Origin: Nitrospinaceae bacterium
Lineage (GTDB): Bacteria > Nitrospinota > Nitrospinia > Nitrospinales > Nitrospinaceae
NCBI GenBank assembly: GCA_965237905.1
Contig: OZ250172.1
Span: forward strand, 2,624,001 to 2,688,000
Length of the DNA stretch: 64,000 nucleotides
Direction of reading: 5' to 3'
The notes beneath the pieces were generated by a model that was not told where the DNA came from, did not search any database, and worked only from the letters and a program-made list of their open reading frames with translations. A program made the position numbers and the translations under genes. Positions 32,329 through 42,226 of the stretch are shown piece by piece (within the stretch, counting starts at the first letter, position 1; each line of letters opens with the position of its first letter).

Positions 32329-32398
32329 AGCTGGTCTGGTAGTAGTAGCTAGTCTGGTAGTAGTAGCTGGTCTGGTAGTGGTAGCTGGTCTGGTAGTA
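32329..32398. repeat. Tandem repeat, 4 x 18 bp (agctggtctggtagtagt), iteron-like
   Basis: Units start at 32329, 32347, 32365 and 32383 (last one partial), with at most one mismatch each. Confidence 0.9.
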
Positions 32399-32625
32399 CC
32401 AAATGGTAAGGTAATAACATCCAGTTTGTTAGGAGTGGGAATACCTATTTTTACCCTTTTTGTCCTTTTAATTTAAATTACAAGTGGCACACGTTCCATT
32501 GTTATATAATCTGGGTAATTATGCCCTCGTCGATGATAGCATTTAGAGCTGTTAGCAGAAAAGAGGTAATGGTCAAAGGCAGAAGGTCTAACTTTATGTA
32601 GGGTGCAGCTTAAAGGGGCAGGTTA

Positions 32626-33015
32626 TTAGTTGCGATTATATTTTTTTATGATTCTTCTTACCCCGGTTTTAGTCCATCTTTTCCCCCTAATAGTTGGAAT
32701 ACAAGCTTCGGCATCTAACCAATCAGCAATCCTCTCTAAGCTAAACTCTTTCTCCAATAATGGCTCCATTTCTTTCCATACTTTTTTTTGATACTCTTCC
32801 GCTTTTTTAATTTTTGCTTTCCTTGCAGCAGAGGTATCTTTATTCCTGACTTGGTCTAGATTAGGGTTCCCTAGTTTGATCCCCCTTTTTTTCCTCTCTT
32901 CTAAAGCAGCCTTGGTGCGCTGAGAGATTAATATTCGTTCTTCTTCCGACTTCCTAGCCATTCCGGTTAATACCCTATAAGGTAATTTATCAAATTTCTG
33001 GATACCCTTTAGCAC
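32626..33015 (-). CDS. Truncated serine-resolvase-like protein (C-terminal half only)
   Basis: EERILISQRTKAAL...GIKLGNP and SLERIADWL...RGKRWTKTGVRRI; no N-terminal YxRVS catalytic domain. Confidence 0.75.
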   Translation of the reverse strand: MLKGIQKFDKLPYRVLTGMARKSEEERILISQRTKAALEERKKRGIKLGNPNLDQVRNKDTSAARKAKIKKAEEYQKKVWKEMEPLLEKEFSLERIADWLDAEACIPTIRGKRWTKTGVRRIIKKYNRN

Positions 33016-33104
33016 AATGATACCCCATGGATTATAAATTATACTGGGAAAACCAAAACCTCAGAAGGAAAATAAATTCTTAACCTTTTAGCACAATGAT
33101 ACCC
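33008..33104. repeat. 18-bp direct repeat tttagcacaatgataccc x2 in the divergent promoter region
   Basis: Copies at 33008-33025 and 33087-33104. Confidence 0.8.
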
Positions 33105-33176
33105 TTGATCTTATAAATATAATTAAGGGGTTTTCAGAGTTGAATTTTGGGTGTCACTAATCGAAAGGGTATTTGA

Positions 33177-33788
33177 ATGAATTATTCGGTATTAAAAAAC
33201 CCGGAAAAGAGGAGTTTTTTCCGCCGTCAAATGGAGGAAAGATCTGAAAAATGGTTTAGAAATTACACCAAAAACCCAAAGCATCTTCTCGCCAACATGT
33301 TGCGGGGCAAGAAGTTTGATTATTTTGTCACTCCAACATTGAAAGGCTTCCGAAAGCATAACTCTATCTGTCAAACGATGGATAAACAAGATCTAACCAG
33401 AGATCAGGTGGAGCGAGTTGTTGGGCATTTTAGAAATATCCTAAAGAAGAAATTATATGGTCGTGGTCCATTCCGTATAAATTTCGTTGCAATCATTCAT
33501 ATGGAAACTGACCACCCGAATGTTCATATATTGATGGGTGAGCCGGATCAAAATTCGAACTTTAAAGGAAATGTACCGTTTGAAGTACTTATTCGAGAAT
33601 GCTGGAATAAGATCAAAATAGCGGGAAAAATTATTGACGTTAAAAGGATTTGGGAAGATGAAGATTTGGATGGCTGTTTACTCTCTTCAGAAGAAACAGT
33701 TTTTTATTATATGATGAAGGAAATTAAAGCCTGGAATGGAAATTTGGATAACGTCTGCTTTCTGAGTATGAATTTAGTGGAAAACTGA
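33177..33788 (+). CDS. Putative HUH-superfamily replication initiator/relaxase-like protein
   Basis: Motif I-like FVTPTL, motif II-like HPNVHIL, motif III-like YYMMK. Confidence 0.55.
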   Translation: MNYSVLKNPEKRSFFRRQMEERSEKWFRNYTKNPKHLLANMLRGKKFDYFVTPTLKGFRKHNSICQTMDKQDLTRDQVERVVGHFRNILKKKLYGRGPFRINFVAIIHMETDHPNVHILMGEPDQNSNFKGNVPFEVLIRECWNKIKIAGKIIDVKRIWEDEDLDGCLLSSEETVFYYMMKEIKAWNGNLDNVCFLSMNLVEN

Positions 33789-34105
33789 AACTGAGAACCT
33801 TTGTGTGCGATGCACCATTTGGAAACGGAGTTAAAGCTCCAAATTCTGGTTCCTTTAAATATTGGGTACGATTTGAAGAGTATTTAATAATGCTCTTGTT
33901 AAAATACCTACGTCTAAATTAGGTTCATAAGAACTACATTTCCCCAGTTTCCTAAATCACAAATCTCTAAAACCTTTTTAAATATATAAAACCACATGTT
34001 TCTTTTAATAATAATGAGTTAGAACAATTTGGACCTTGAGTTCTGAAAATAAATATTTTAATTTATTTAAAACCTAAGAATTTAAAAATATTTTTGAGGG
34101 TTAAA

Positions 34106-34702
34106 ATGGCCAAACAAGGTAAAGCTAAAGTTCTTAGTGAGCAGGAATTCAAGAGGGTGGTTCGTCATCAAATTACCGCAAAACATGGGCTCAGAAATGT
34201 TGCACTTTTGCACATCTCCTTTTATCTAGGCCTACGAGCCAAGGAAATGGCTTCCCTAAAAATTTGTGATGTCGTTGACTCCACCGGGAATTTAAAGGAG
34301 GAGCTTACCCTCACAAGAGAAATGACAAAGGGTAATCAAAGCAGAGCTATTTATCTCACAAATCCAAAAGTAAGAAAGGCCCTCCAGGAATACATTGAGC
34401 ATAGGAAAAATATCGAAGGAACCTATTTTCATGAAGCCTCATTATTTCGAAGTCAAATTTCAGGAAAGTTCTCTCCAAATACAATGCAACTGCTTTTCTC
34501 AAATATGTATAAAGACGTGGGCCTTGAGGGCGCATCAAGTCACAGTGGACGAAGAAGTTTCGCAACCAAGTTATTGGAGCAGGGTGTGAATATTAAATCG
34601 GTTCAAACTCTACTTGGTCATTCCAGTATCATGACCACATCCATTTACGTAGAGGACAATCCTTATTTATTGGCGAACATCTCACGGAATTTGAAAATAT
34701 GA
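34106..34702 (+). CDS. Small tyrosine recombinase (catalytic domain only)
   Basis: GLRAKEM, TKG, SHSGRRSFAT, LLGHSSIMTTSIY; 198 aa. Confidence 0.92.
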   Translation: MAKQGKAKVLSEQEFKRVVRHQITAKHGLRNVALLHISFYLGLRAKEMASLKICDVVDSTGNLKEELTLTREMTKGNQSRAIYLTNPKVRKALQEYIEHRKNIEGTYFHEASLFRSQISGKFSPNTMQLLFSNMYKDVGLEGASSHSGRRSFATKLLEQGVNIKSVQTLLGHSSIMTTSIYVEDNPYLLANISRNLKI

Positions 34703-34720
34703 TAATTTAATTAGGCCTAA

Positions 34721-34975
34721 ATGTATTGTGTCACAAAAACCTATGGTCATTATGTGAGAGATAGAATTGAACCCGCCCTCCATGACTGGTTGAGAACAAA
34801 AATAAAAGGAAACTATGAGATTAAGGAAAACGAACTTGATCCCAAAACAATGACTCGAACCATAACGGTTGGTTTTGAGGAAAAAAATGATTGTCAAAAA
34901 TTTTCACTTTTAAGAATACCAGTCGATTTATTCAAAGAGAAGTGGGGTTATGGAGAAATGGGGAGTTCATTATGA
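34721..34975 (+). CDS. Hypothetical protein
   Basis: 84 aa ORF directly after the recombinase. Confidence 0.5.
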   Translation: MYCVTKTYGHYVRDRIEPALHDWLRTKIKGNYEIKENELDPKTMTRTITVGFEEKNDCQKFSLLRIPVDLFKEKWGYGEMGSSL

Positions 34976-35078
34976 ACGAGTTTCTTAGCGACTATGCATT
35001 TGTGCCCGATCTTAACATTAACTCTGGGCCCGTGTTTAGGGGGAAGGTCAATACTAAAATAATTCAGACACCAAAGGC

Positions 35079-35561
35079 TTATGGTTTGCTTTCGTATGCC
35101 TCTTTGACCTTAGGGACTGCTTCCCTGACAGCAGAGAGGATTACCAGGCTATGACATAATAAAGGTTCACTCCGTTGGGGCGCGAACCAATAGTTGTTGA
35201 ATTTACCGCCATGGAAAAGATTATTGCGGATACGGCGAATATACAATAGAAGTTTTTCGGAAGGAGAATTTGTATTTGGTTCAGATATCTCCCAATCTAA
35301 TTTACCACCAATAATTACTTGTTTTTTTGGCGGATCAGCCAAAATAAACTTAATCGCTTCATCTAATTCTAAAGTGGTTGGATTAACGAATAGTTTTTTA
35401 ACTTCAGGTTTACGCGAAAACTTTGTCCAGTCTGCTTCGACAAAACCCCTAACAATTTTGTAATAAGGATTAACTTTTAAGGCATATTCGGTTCGGGAGA
35501 ATTCTTTAAAGAATCGAAATGCTAATTTATCAAGGTGTTGGTCTTGTGTCATTTCATGCAA
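35079..35561 (-). CDS. HEPN-domain protein (putative RNase)
   Basis: RxxxxH motif in IRNNLFHGGK. Confidence 0.7.
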   Translation of the reverse strand: MHEMTQDQHLDKLAFRFFKEFSRTEYALKVNPYYKIVRGFVEADWTKFSRKPEVKKLFVNPTTLELDEAIKFILADPPKKQVIIGGKLDWEISEPNTNSPSEKLLLYIRRIRNNLFHGGKFNNYWFAPQRSEPLLCHSLVILSAVREAVPKVKEAYESKP

Positions 35562-35838
35562 TATGAATGAGGCTGGGGCGCATTTTTCATGTTAGGAGAA
35601 CCTCCCTAAACCTGAATTCCATATGTTATAGAAAATGGAAGTAATAATCTACTCCGTCTGATACCTTTTCCTGCCCATAATCCCCTACTTAATCATCCTA
35701 GGTTTTAGGTCCGAATCCTACCCTTACTTTTGGACCACTTTGCGGGGGGCAGGTCACAATTGCAAAACCACCTAAATCATGCTAACTCTATGTTTGTAAA
35801 AATATTACATCCAATATCTACATGTATTTTGGTGAAAT

Positions 35839-37119
35839 ATGAGAAGACTTGCTGTCCAAAAACGGGATGATGGATATTCCTCCAACAAAGACTATCAACA
35901 ATTTCACAGTAAGGTATCTCAACGTATAGTCCCGGGAGAAAAGGAAAATCGTATAGTATTTACCACAGAACTACAAAAATTGGATGTAAGTAGTGATTTT
36001 GTAGGATTTGGTGGATTTATTTTAGCAGAAGATCCGATCGTACTAAAACTGACTATCCAGATTGATTCTTATGAAGATTCGAAAGAGTTTCAAATTGGAA
36101 CAATTTGGAACCGAATTGGGATAGCTATACCAGCAACTAAAGATGAACGTGCAACTCTAATTATGGAATGGGAAAATGTTACAAGTATAAATGTATGGGG
36201 TTTTGATTTAGGTTATCTTAACCTTCCTGAAAGTATTAGAAATAAGAAACCGGATATTGATGTTCTTAATGAATCACATTTATGCCCTGAAACTTTTTAT
36301 CTACCAAATCAAAATGCAATAGACTTAGATATAGAGGAATCTTCATCTACCCATTTTTCGATTGTTAACGGGTCAGAGATAATATTAAAGAAATGTTCAT
36401 ATTGTCAAAGAATGTTGCCAGTTAATCCAGAATTGCTTGGATCGCTATCTTTCCATAAACATAACGCAAAATTAACTAAACACCAAAATGAATGTAGATC
36501 ATGTAAGAAATGGCGTATAAATAATAGTTTTAATCCTTTAAGAACCACCGATCAATTACATGAGTCATCTGTCATTACACGTGAGCGTAAGATTTTACTT
36601 AAGGAACCAAAGATTCTACAAGAAATAAAGGATAGAACAGGGGCTGGATTAAAATCTCAAATCTGGAAAAAATTTGGGCGCAAATGTTTTTTCTGTAATG
36701 AACCAATTGAGCTAGATGGATTTCAGCTAGACCACACACGACCACTTTCTTACTTATGGCCAATTGACGAACATGCCACCTGTTTGTGCCCTGAACACAA
36801 CAACCAAAAGAAAGATAAATTTCCTATCGAATTCTACACAGAAGATCAATTAAAATCTTTATCAGAAATAACTGGACTAAGTTATGAAGAGTTAACAATT
36901 AAAGATGTGAACCAAAAAGAATTAGATCGAATCATTTCTAATATATCTACTTTTGCAAAAGAATGGGACCCACGTACTTTTGCAGCAATTGCAAGAAAAA
37001 TAAAAGAGTTGAGAAAAAATACAGATCTCTTTATAATTTTAAATGAAGCTGACGAAGAGACATATACTGAATTAGTACAACAACTGGAAGACCGTCCAGA
37101 TCCTGTCGTAAATGAATAG
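35839..37119 (+). CDS. HNH endonuclease, probable restriction enzyme
   Basis: CFFC...LDHTRP...CPEHNNQK HNH core, extra CSYC...CRSC zinc finger; convergent with the MTase. Confidence 0.85.
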   Translation: MRRLAVQKRDDGYSSNKDYQQFHSKVSQRIVPGEKENRIVFTTELQKLDVSSDFVGFGGFILAEDPIVLKLTIQIDSYEDSKEFQIGTIWNRIGIAIPATKDERATLIMEWENVTSINVWGFDLGYLNLPESIRNKKPDIDVLNESHLCPETFYLPNQNAIDLDIEESSSTHFSIVNGSEIILKKCSYCQRMLPVNPELLGSLSFHKHNAKLTKHQNECRSCKKWRINNSFNPLRTTDQLHESSVITRERKILLKEPKILQEIKDRTGAGLKSQIWKKFGRKCFFCNEPIELDGFQLDHTRPLSYLWPIDEHATCLCPEHNNQKKDKFPIEFYTEDQLKSLSEITGLSYEELTIKDVNQKELDRIISNISTFAKEWDPRTFAAIARKIKELRKNTDLFIILNEADEETYTELVQQLEDRPDPVVNE

Positions 37120-37124
37120 GTTTA

Positions 37125-39851
37125 TTATTTTGACGGTTTAAAAAATAATAGTGAATGTGTCGTCGTTAATCCTTTATCCTTTATCCCATGTTTAGCAACT
37201 GTCTGCACATTTTCAATCACTTCACCTTCTAGGGTGAAATATTCAAGAGCTATTGCTTTTAATTCATTAACCATGTCTTTTCTACCTCCGCCACCGAGGT
37301 GAAGAATTAGCAATCCATTCTTTTTTATCATACTCTTGCATAGTGAGAAGAATTCCCTATAAACAGAAATATTCTTTATTTGCTGCCTTTCCAAAAACTC
37401 TAAACTATCTTCTTTAAAATTGCTTTCACTCCAGCCACAAAACCAAAGTCTTAACCAATTAGGACGATCAAACCTCATACCATAAAATGGCGGTGATGTT
37501 ATTATTGCATCAAATTTATGATTGATATGGTTTTTTATATCTCTAAAGTCACCATGAATCCCTAACCCTTTTTGAAATTCTTTTGACAAGGGTTTTGATA
37601 AAGCTCTCTCGGCTCGTTCATATATTTTTTTGTATACATCTTTATATACTTTTGGACCCGAAGGAGAGAAGGGTGTTATAGGGTGTGATGTACATGATAG
37701 CGCATACGGTCTATTGCCATGTAAAACATGCAACAACGAGGCCCAAACAAAATTCTCGGAATCTGACCTTTGATCTAATTTCTTTTTAAGAAAGATCTTT
37801 CTAAGTTTTAGGATCTCCTTTAGTGTTTTTTTGTGGTAATAATCCTTAACCGATGAATTTAAACCAAATTCTGCAAAATTAAAATCATTTTTAGTAAGGT
37901 TGACTTTTGATGCTTCCTTTTGGAGTTTTTGAATGGATTTTCTAACGTTCGACAGAAATGGTGGACGTAACTTTGCCCGTCCTATTAAAGCCGCAAATGG
38001 ACTTTTATCATTGGTGACAACATTTACACCTTGCATAGCCCCCTCAAAAGGTATTGTTCCAACACCTCCTAGGGGATCTAAAAGACTTCCTCCTTTCGGG
38101 ACGAAATACTTAACAAGCCAATGAGACATTGATGGTTTTAGTTTGCCTTGATATGAACAAAGAGAATGTAGAGGATGACCCCAAGTTTTTTTTGAGTATG
38201 GTTGATTCTTGTAAGGTAATTCTCGCTGAAATTGCTTAATTCTTCCCCCTAAAGAGTCACATTTTTTGCTTAATGCTTTTATATGTCTTACGTTCTTGGG
38301 CTTCTCAAAGATTATTTCTGCTTGAACAAGCTCACTTTTATCCCGAGACATTCTTTTTGCTAATATATGTTCGTTTTTTACATTAAAACCAGCTTCTCTA
38401 GCAACATCAATAAGTAGCTTATTTGTAGGAACATGTACACCATAAAACTTAGAGTCTCCTATGTCTAAAACGAAATCACCGCCGGGTTTCATACTGTTAA
38501 AGACACCTTTAAATACTTCATACATATCAGAGAAATAATGACGAGCCATTGTGGGAATTCGTTTGTCTTTTGATTCTAAATCTAGTTGTTTTGCTATCTT
38601 TTCAACTTTTTTAAAATCAAAATAAGATTCTTTTTTCGAGACATCATTTATGCCTCCAGTCACAGTTAAATTTCGGTATCCCCTAAGTTCTTTTTCAGAT
38701 TTAATAAAACCTAAAAGCCAAAGCTCAATTTTTGTATTTCTAAAGTAATTTGTACCGTTCAAATAGGGTGGTGATGTCAGAACTAGATCAAAAGCATTTC
38801 TATACTCATCCGGAATTGATTTAGAGTCTGAGGACACTTTTTTTGTATAAGCTATATTCGTTGGTGAGGATTTAACATCTTGTACCATCCTTTTTACACT
38901 ATCGGATATTAAGCCTGAAACATTGACAACTCTATTTTTGTATTCATCTGGTCTTCTGCGACGTAAGTCAGCTCGTCTAGTCATGTTTGAACATGCAACT
39001 GCATTAGATGTACATGCCAGCATTAATATATTACAAGCATGTTGGTAACCGTCTGATATATCCTCCGCAATGCTTAATGCAGCAAGTAACTCTCGAATGT
39101 GCTTATCTTCAAAATAGTCTCTTTTAGGGAATGCCTCATAATATTGTTCAAGCGATACCCTTTTTCTTGCCTTTACCAAATTATTTTTATCTATAACCTT
39201 TAAATATTCAGTTGCTATCGAATTAAACTTATTCCAATTCTTTTTTGCCCATCTTACAGATAAAATCTTTGTCTCAGCAACAAAGGACATAAACGGATTT
39301 AGCTCAGAGTAAAATGATTGAATCCCTAACATTGAAGCAGCTAGTTGTACGGTTCCTGATCCACCAAAAGGATCATATATGGTTTGGGGTCTAAGGCGGT
39401 TTCTAAGAATACTGTCTCTTGCATATGTTGCGGAGAATCCTTCTACATACGGGTACCACCCATATATACCTTGTCTTAAACTATCTTGGAATGTCAAACC
39501 AACTGATGTTTCACCTTCGTTTGTGATTTGCATATCAACAGTTCCAAAATCGAAAGACATTTGACCATTTCCATTTTTGCGTCCGTTGTTAAATCCTTTT
39601 TTTAATATAGAGACACAAATATTACTAAGACTTCTACTTTCCTCATGAGCCTTTGCTTCTAAATCTTCAACAATTGGATCGCCTAAAGCTAATCGAAAAT
39701 CACGACTATTAAGTCCTCTAAGATATGTAATAAATTCTTTGGTTATCCCATCTCTAGGCTTAGCCGGTAAGCTAATGTTGACCCTAGCGGATTTGCCAAT
39801 ACGAACACGTTCCTTAGGGAAATAAATGGTTTTGAATATATATTCTGGCAT
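37125..39851 (-). CDS. Tandem double amino-DNA methyltransferase with N-terminal ribbon-helix-helix-like domain
   Basis: Two motif sets: YDPFGGSGT...TSPPY and LDPLGGVGT...TSPPF; start set at MPEYIF. Confidence 0.88.
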   Translation of the reverse strand: MPEYIFKTIYFPKERVRIGKSARVNISLPAKPRDGITKEFITYLRGLNSRDFRLALGDPIVEDLEAKAHEESRSLSNICVSILKKGFNNGRKNGNGQMSFDFGTVDMQITNEGETSVGLTFQDSLRQGIYGWYPYVEGFSATYARDSILRNRLRPQTIYDPFGGSGTVQLAASMLGIQSFYSELNPFMSFVAETKILSVRWAKKNWNKFNSIATEYLKVIDKNNLVKARKRVSLEQYYEAFPKRDYFEDKHIRELLAALSIAEDISDGYQHACNILMLACTSNAVACSNMTRRADLRRRRPDEYKNRVVNVSGLISDSVKRMVQDVKSSPTNIAYTKKVSSDSKSIPDEYRNAFDLVLTSPPYLNGTNYFRNTKIELWLLGFIKSEKELRGYRNLTVTGGINDVSKKESYFDFKKVEKIAKQLDLESKDKRIPTMARHYFSDMYEVFKGVFNSMKPGGDFVLDIGDSKFYGVHVPTNKLLIDVAREAGFNVKNEHILAKRMSRDKSELVQAEIIFEKPKNVRHIKALSKKCDSLGGRIKQFQRELPYKNQPYSKKTWGHPLHSLCSYQGKLKPSMSHWLVKYFVPKGGSLLDPLGGVGTIPFEGAMQGVNVVTNDKSPFAALIGRAKLRPPFLSNVRKSIQKLQKEASKVNLTKNDFNFAEFGLNSSVKDYYHKKTLKEILKLRKIFLKKKLDQRSDSENFVWASLLHVLHGNRPYALSCTSHPITPFSPSGPKVYKDVYKKIYERAERALSKPLSKEFQKGLGIHGDFRDIKNHINHKFDAIITSPPFYGMRFDRPNWLRLWFCGWSESNFKEDSLEFLERQQIKNISVYREFFSLCKSMIKKNGLLILHLGGGGRKDMVNELKAIALEYFTLEGEVIENVQTVAKHGIKDKGLTTTHSLLFFKPSK

Positions 39852-40048
39852 TAGGAAGTTCTCTATCACAATTATTGTGATATTATAAATTATCAACTTC
39901 AAATTCACGACAGAAATTTACGAAACCCTCTTAATTCATGAAATTTGTGTCTGTCAATAAATATGGGTTTGGCGGCCTCCGGGGCCTAAAAGCATTAAGT
40001 CCAGCCAATTTCCCCGTCTAAAACCCTGTTATCACCTTTTAAAAATGA

Positions 40049-40083
40049 AAACGGCGACCCCAACTAATAAGGTGGTCGCCGTT
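40049..40083 (-). terminator. Rho-independent terminator downstream of the tRNA fragment
   Basis: aacggcgacc...ggtcgccgtt stem followed by a T-rich tract on the minus strand. Confidence 0.6.
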
Positions 40084-40109
40084 AACTTATTGCCCCTAAA
40101 GGGCTTATT

Positions 40110-40154
40110 TGATGGGCCATCACGGGATCGAACCGTGGACCTACTAGTTAAGAG
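40110..40154 (-). pseudogene. 3' half of tRNA-Lys(CTT), relic attachment site
   Basis: Minus strand ctcttaa-ctagtaggtc-cacgg-ttcgatc-ccgtg-atggccca-tca: anticodon loop, T-arm and 3' acceptor strand; D-arm and 5' acceptor strand absent. Confidence 0.85.
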
Positions 40155-40245
40155 CTCTAACTTTGTTAATTTTGGATGGACTTTAGAAATACTGATTGTG
40201 TATCAGATGGTTGTATTTTTTTTCTTTCTTAACCTCATTGACATA

Positions 40246-41652
40246 TTACGCCAAAAGTGATTTTGCTTCTTCAGATTTTTGTTTTAGGTAATTATGTAGT
40301 TCCTTCAAGAGTTTCAACTCGTTTCCATCAGATTGCTCTATCAATTCTTCTGTTTGATTGATGGCTTGAGGTAAGGTCAACCAGGGAACTTTTCCATCAG
40401 CCTCCAAAACCCTTCTAGCGAAAGACTTATCAAGTTTTAGACGATTATTTTTTGATAAAACTTCTGGTTTTTCAGAATAAATTAAACGCATACCAAGTTT
40501 TTTTAGTCTTTTGTCTTTTATCTTGCTTAGATGGTATTCTCGATCGGCCCAATCAATTTTATGAAAAGTTTCCATTTGATCCTGATCTTCCCAAGAAGGG
40601 AAGCTATCATAAATTTGATCTTCAACATGGTCGGAGGGTTCTTTTATTTTACGAGTACCCATAAATATTGAAATTAACTTATCTTTTAATTTTGTGTTTC
40701 CATGTAAATATTTGGCCCTACGTTCTAATTCTTTCCTATCTAACTCATAGGACTTCATGTAATCAGGCGCATCATCCAAAGATAAAATTATTGGAGAAGA
40801 GTTTGTCTTTAGTATTCGAATAGGTTTTGGTTGAGAAAGTATTTTTTCCTCTAATTCATCTTCGCTCAAATCCTCAAGATCCTTCGGGTCTACTGATAGA
40901 TTAAAAACTAGCATATCTGTATTCATAGAAGGATTCAAACCTATCCCCGTTACAACCCAAGAGATTCCTTTCCTCCGAAAGAACTCTGAAAAAATAAACA
41001 GAGATTCTTCTTTAATGAATTCAATCACAGCAGCTTTATTTCCGAATTGCATAAAATTTGACCAAATATTTGGGGCGTGCTCAGAGGCTAATCTGCATAA
41101 GTGAAGGGTGGCTTCAGCATCCGCCATCGCCTCATGTGCTCCTTCATGACTAAAACCGTTTGCAGGGGCTAGTTGATCTAGTTTGAAAATACTATTCCCT
41201 TTTGCATCAGTTGGGATATTTAGAGCGTTAAGGGAAAAAATACTTATCGCTTGAACTATTTTCATACTATCAGAACGACAATTATTGTTTGTGTTTGTGA
41301 GATATGGTGGATGCAGTGTTTTGTATAAAGCTTGACGCAATAGATGTTCATCAAAACCCAAAGAATTATGGCCAATAAAAACAGATGGCGACCAAGCCAT
41401 AAGCTTTTCGCGAATAGACAGTAACATTTCGTAATGAGAAGGCAAAGATGGATCGGTAAATTGCTGAACCGAAATTTTTGTAACTTTAATTGCACCAGGA
41501 GACGGTACTACATAGGGAAGCAAGCGTGAGCGGCACTCAAATCTATCTATCTCATTAAGATCTGCATCAGTCTTGATTGCGGCAAATTGTAAGATTTGGT
41601 CAAACGAAGTATTTGTTCCAGTAGTTTCAGTATCGTAGAAAACAAAGGCCAT
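40246..41652 (-). CDS. sbcB: Exonuclease I-like 3'-5' ssDNA exonuclease (DEDDh)
   Basis: YDTETTG, QFAAIKTD, GHNSLGFDE, FKLDQLA.ANG, AHEAMAD; ggagg RBS. Confidence 0.9.
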   Translation of the reverse strand: MAFVFYDTETTGTNTSFDQILQFAAIKTDADLNEIDRFECRSRLLPYVVPSPGAIKVTKISVQQFTDPSLPSHYEMLLSIREKLMAWSPSVFIGHNSLGFDEHLLRQALYKTLHPPYLTNTNNNCRSDSMKIVQAISIFSLNALNIPTDAKGNSIFKLDQLAPANGFSHEGAHEAMADAEATLHLCRLASEHAPNIWSNFMQFGNKAAVIEFIKEESLFIFSEFFRRKGISWVVTGIGLNPSMNTDMLVFNLSVDPKDLEDLSEDELEEKILSQPKPIRILKTNSSPIILSLDDAPDYMKSYELDRKELERRAKYLHGNTKLKDKLISIFMGTRKIKEPSDHVEDQIYDSFPSWEDQDQMETFHKIDWADREYHLSKIKDKRLKKLGMRLIYSEKPEVLSKNNRLKLDKSFARRVLEADGKVPWLTLPQAINQTEELIEQSDGNELKLLKELHNYLKQKSEEAKSLLA

Positions 41653-41672
41653 AAAAACCTCCAAAAGATACT

Positions 41673-42188
41673 TTAACCTAATAAATTTCCCAAACGAAAG
41701 CGCATAGCCGATTTGCTAACCTTAAATTGGATAGCAAGTTTGTTTAATTCTTCATCCTTATCAATATCGATACCTTTTCCGCCAAGAGCTTCTTCAATAA
41801 ATTTTTTAGGCATTAGAAGTTCTGCGGCAAAAGAATTAGCTTGTATCTCTATTCCATTTATTCCCGCAGAAGATATTGAATCTCGCATAAGCATAGGAAA
41901 TTCTTTATCAACATGTATTCCGTCGGAAATTTCATTTTTGTGAAAAATCAAATGACCAATTTCATGTGAAATTGTAAATCTTTGCCTATTAGGGTGATGT
42001 AATGAATTTACTCCTATAATTGGGCAACCATTTTTAAAGAAAATCATTCCTGAAATTTCATCGTCTAGAGGAGAATATCGCAGTTTTGCTCCTAGCTTTT
42101 TTGCAATGCGATCAACAGGAACAGGACCATAAACCACATTATATTCATCTAACAATTGTTTAGCACGATTTTCGAATTTTGTGGCCAT
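41673..42188 (-). CDS. ImmA/IrrE family metallopeptidase (CapP-like)
   Basis: RQRFTISHEIGH, EIQANSFAAELLMP; aggag RBS. Confidence 0.92.
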   Translation of the reverse strand: MATKFENRAKQLLDEYNVVYGPVPVDRIAKKLGAKLRYSPLDDEISGMIFFKNGCPIIGVNSLHHPNRQRFTISHEIGHLIFHKNEISDGIHVDKEFPMLMRDSISSAGINGIEIQANSFAAELLMPKKFIEEALGGKGIDIDKDEELNKLAIQFKVSKSAMRFRLGNLLG

Positions 42189-42226
42189 ATTACTCTCCTT
42201 ATACATGCTTAAGACTCAATTGCACC

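Noticed and set aside
32329..32398. Possible CRISPR array
   Set aside because: The repeats are contiguous 18-mers with no spacers, and there are no cas genes in the window.
40110..40190. Complete tRNA-Lys gene
   Set aside because: No D-arm or 5' acceptor strand, and the anticodon stem does not pair; reported as a fragment only.
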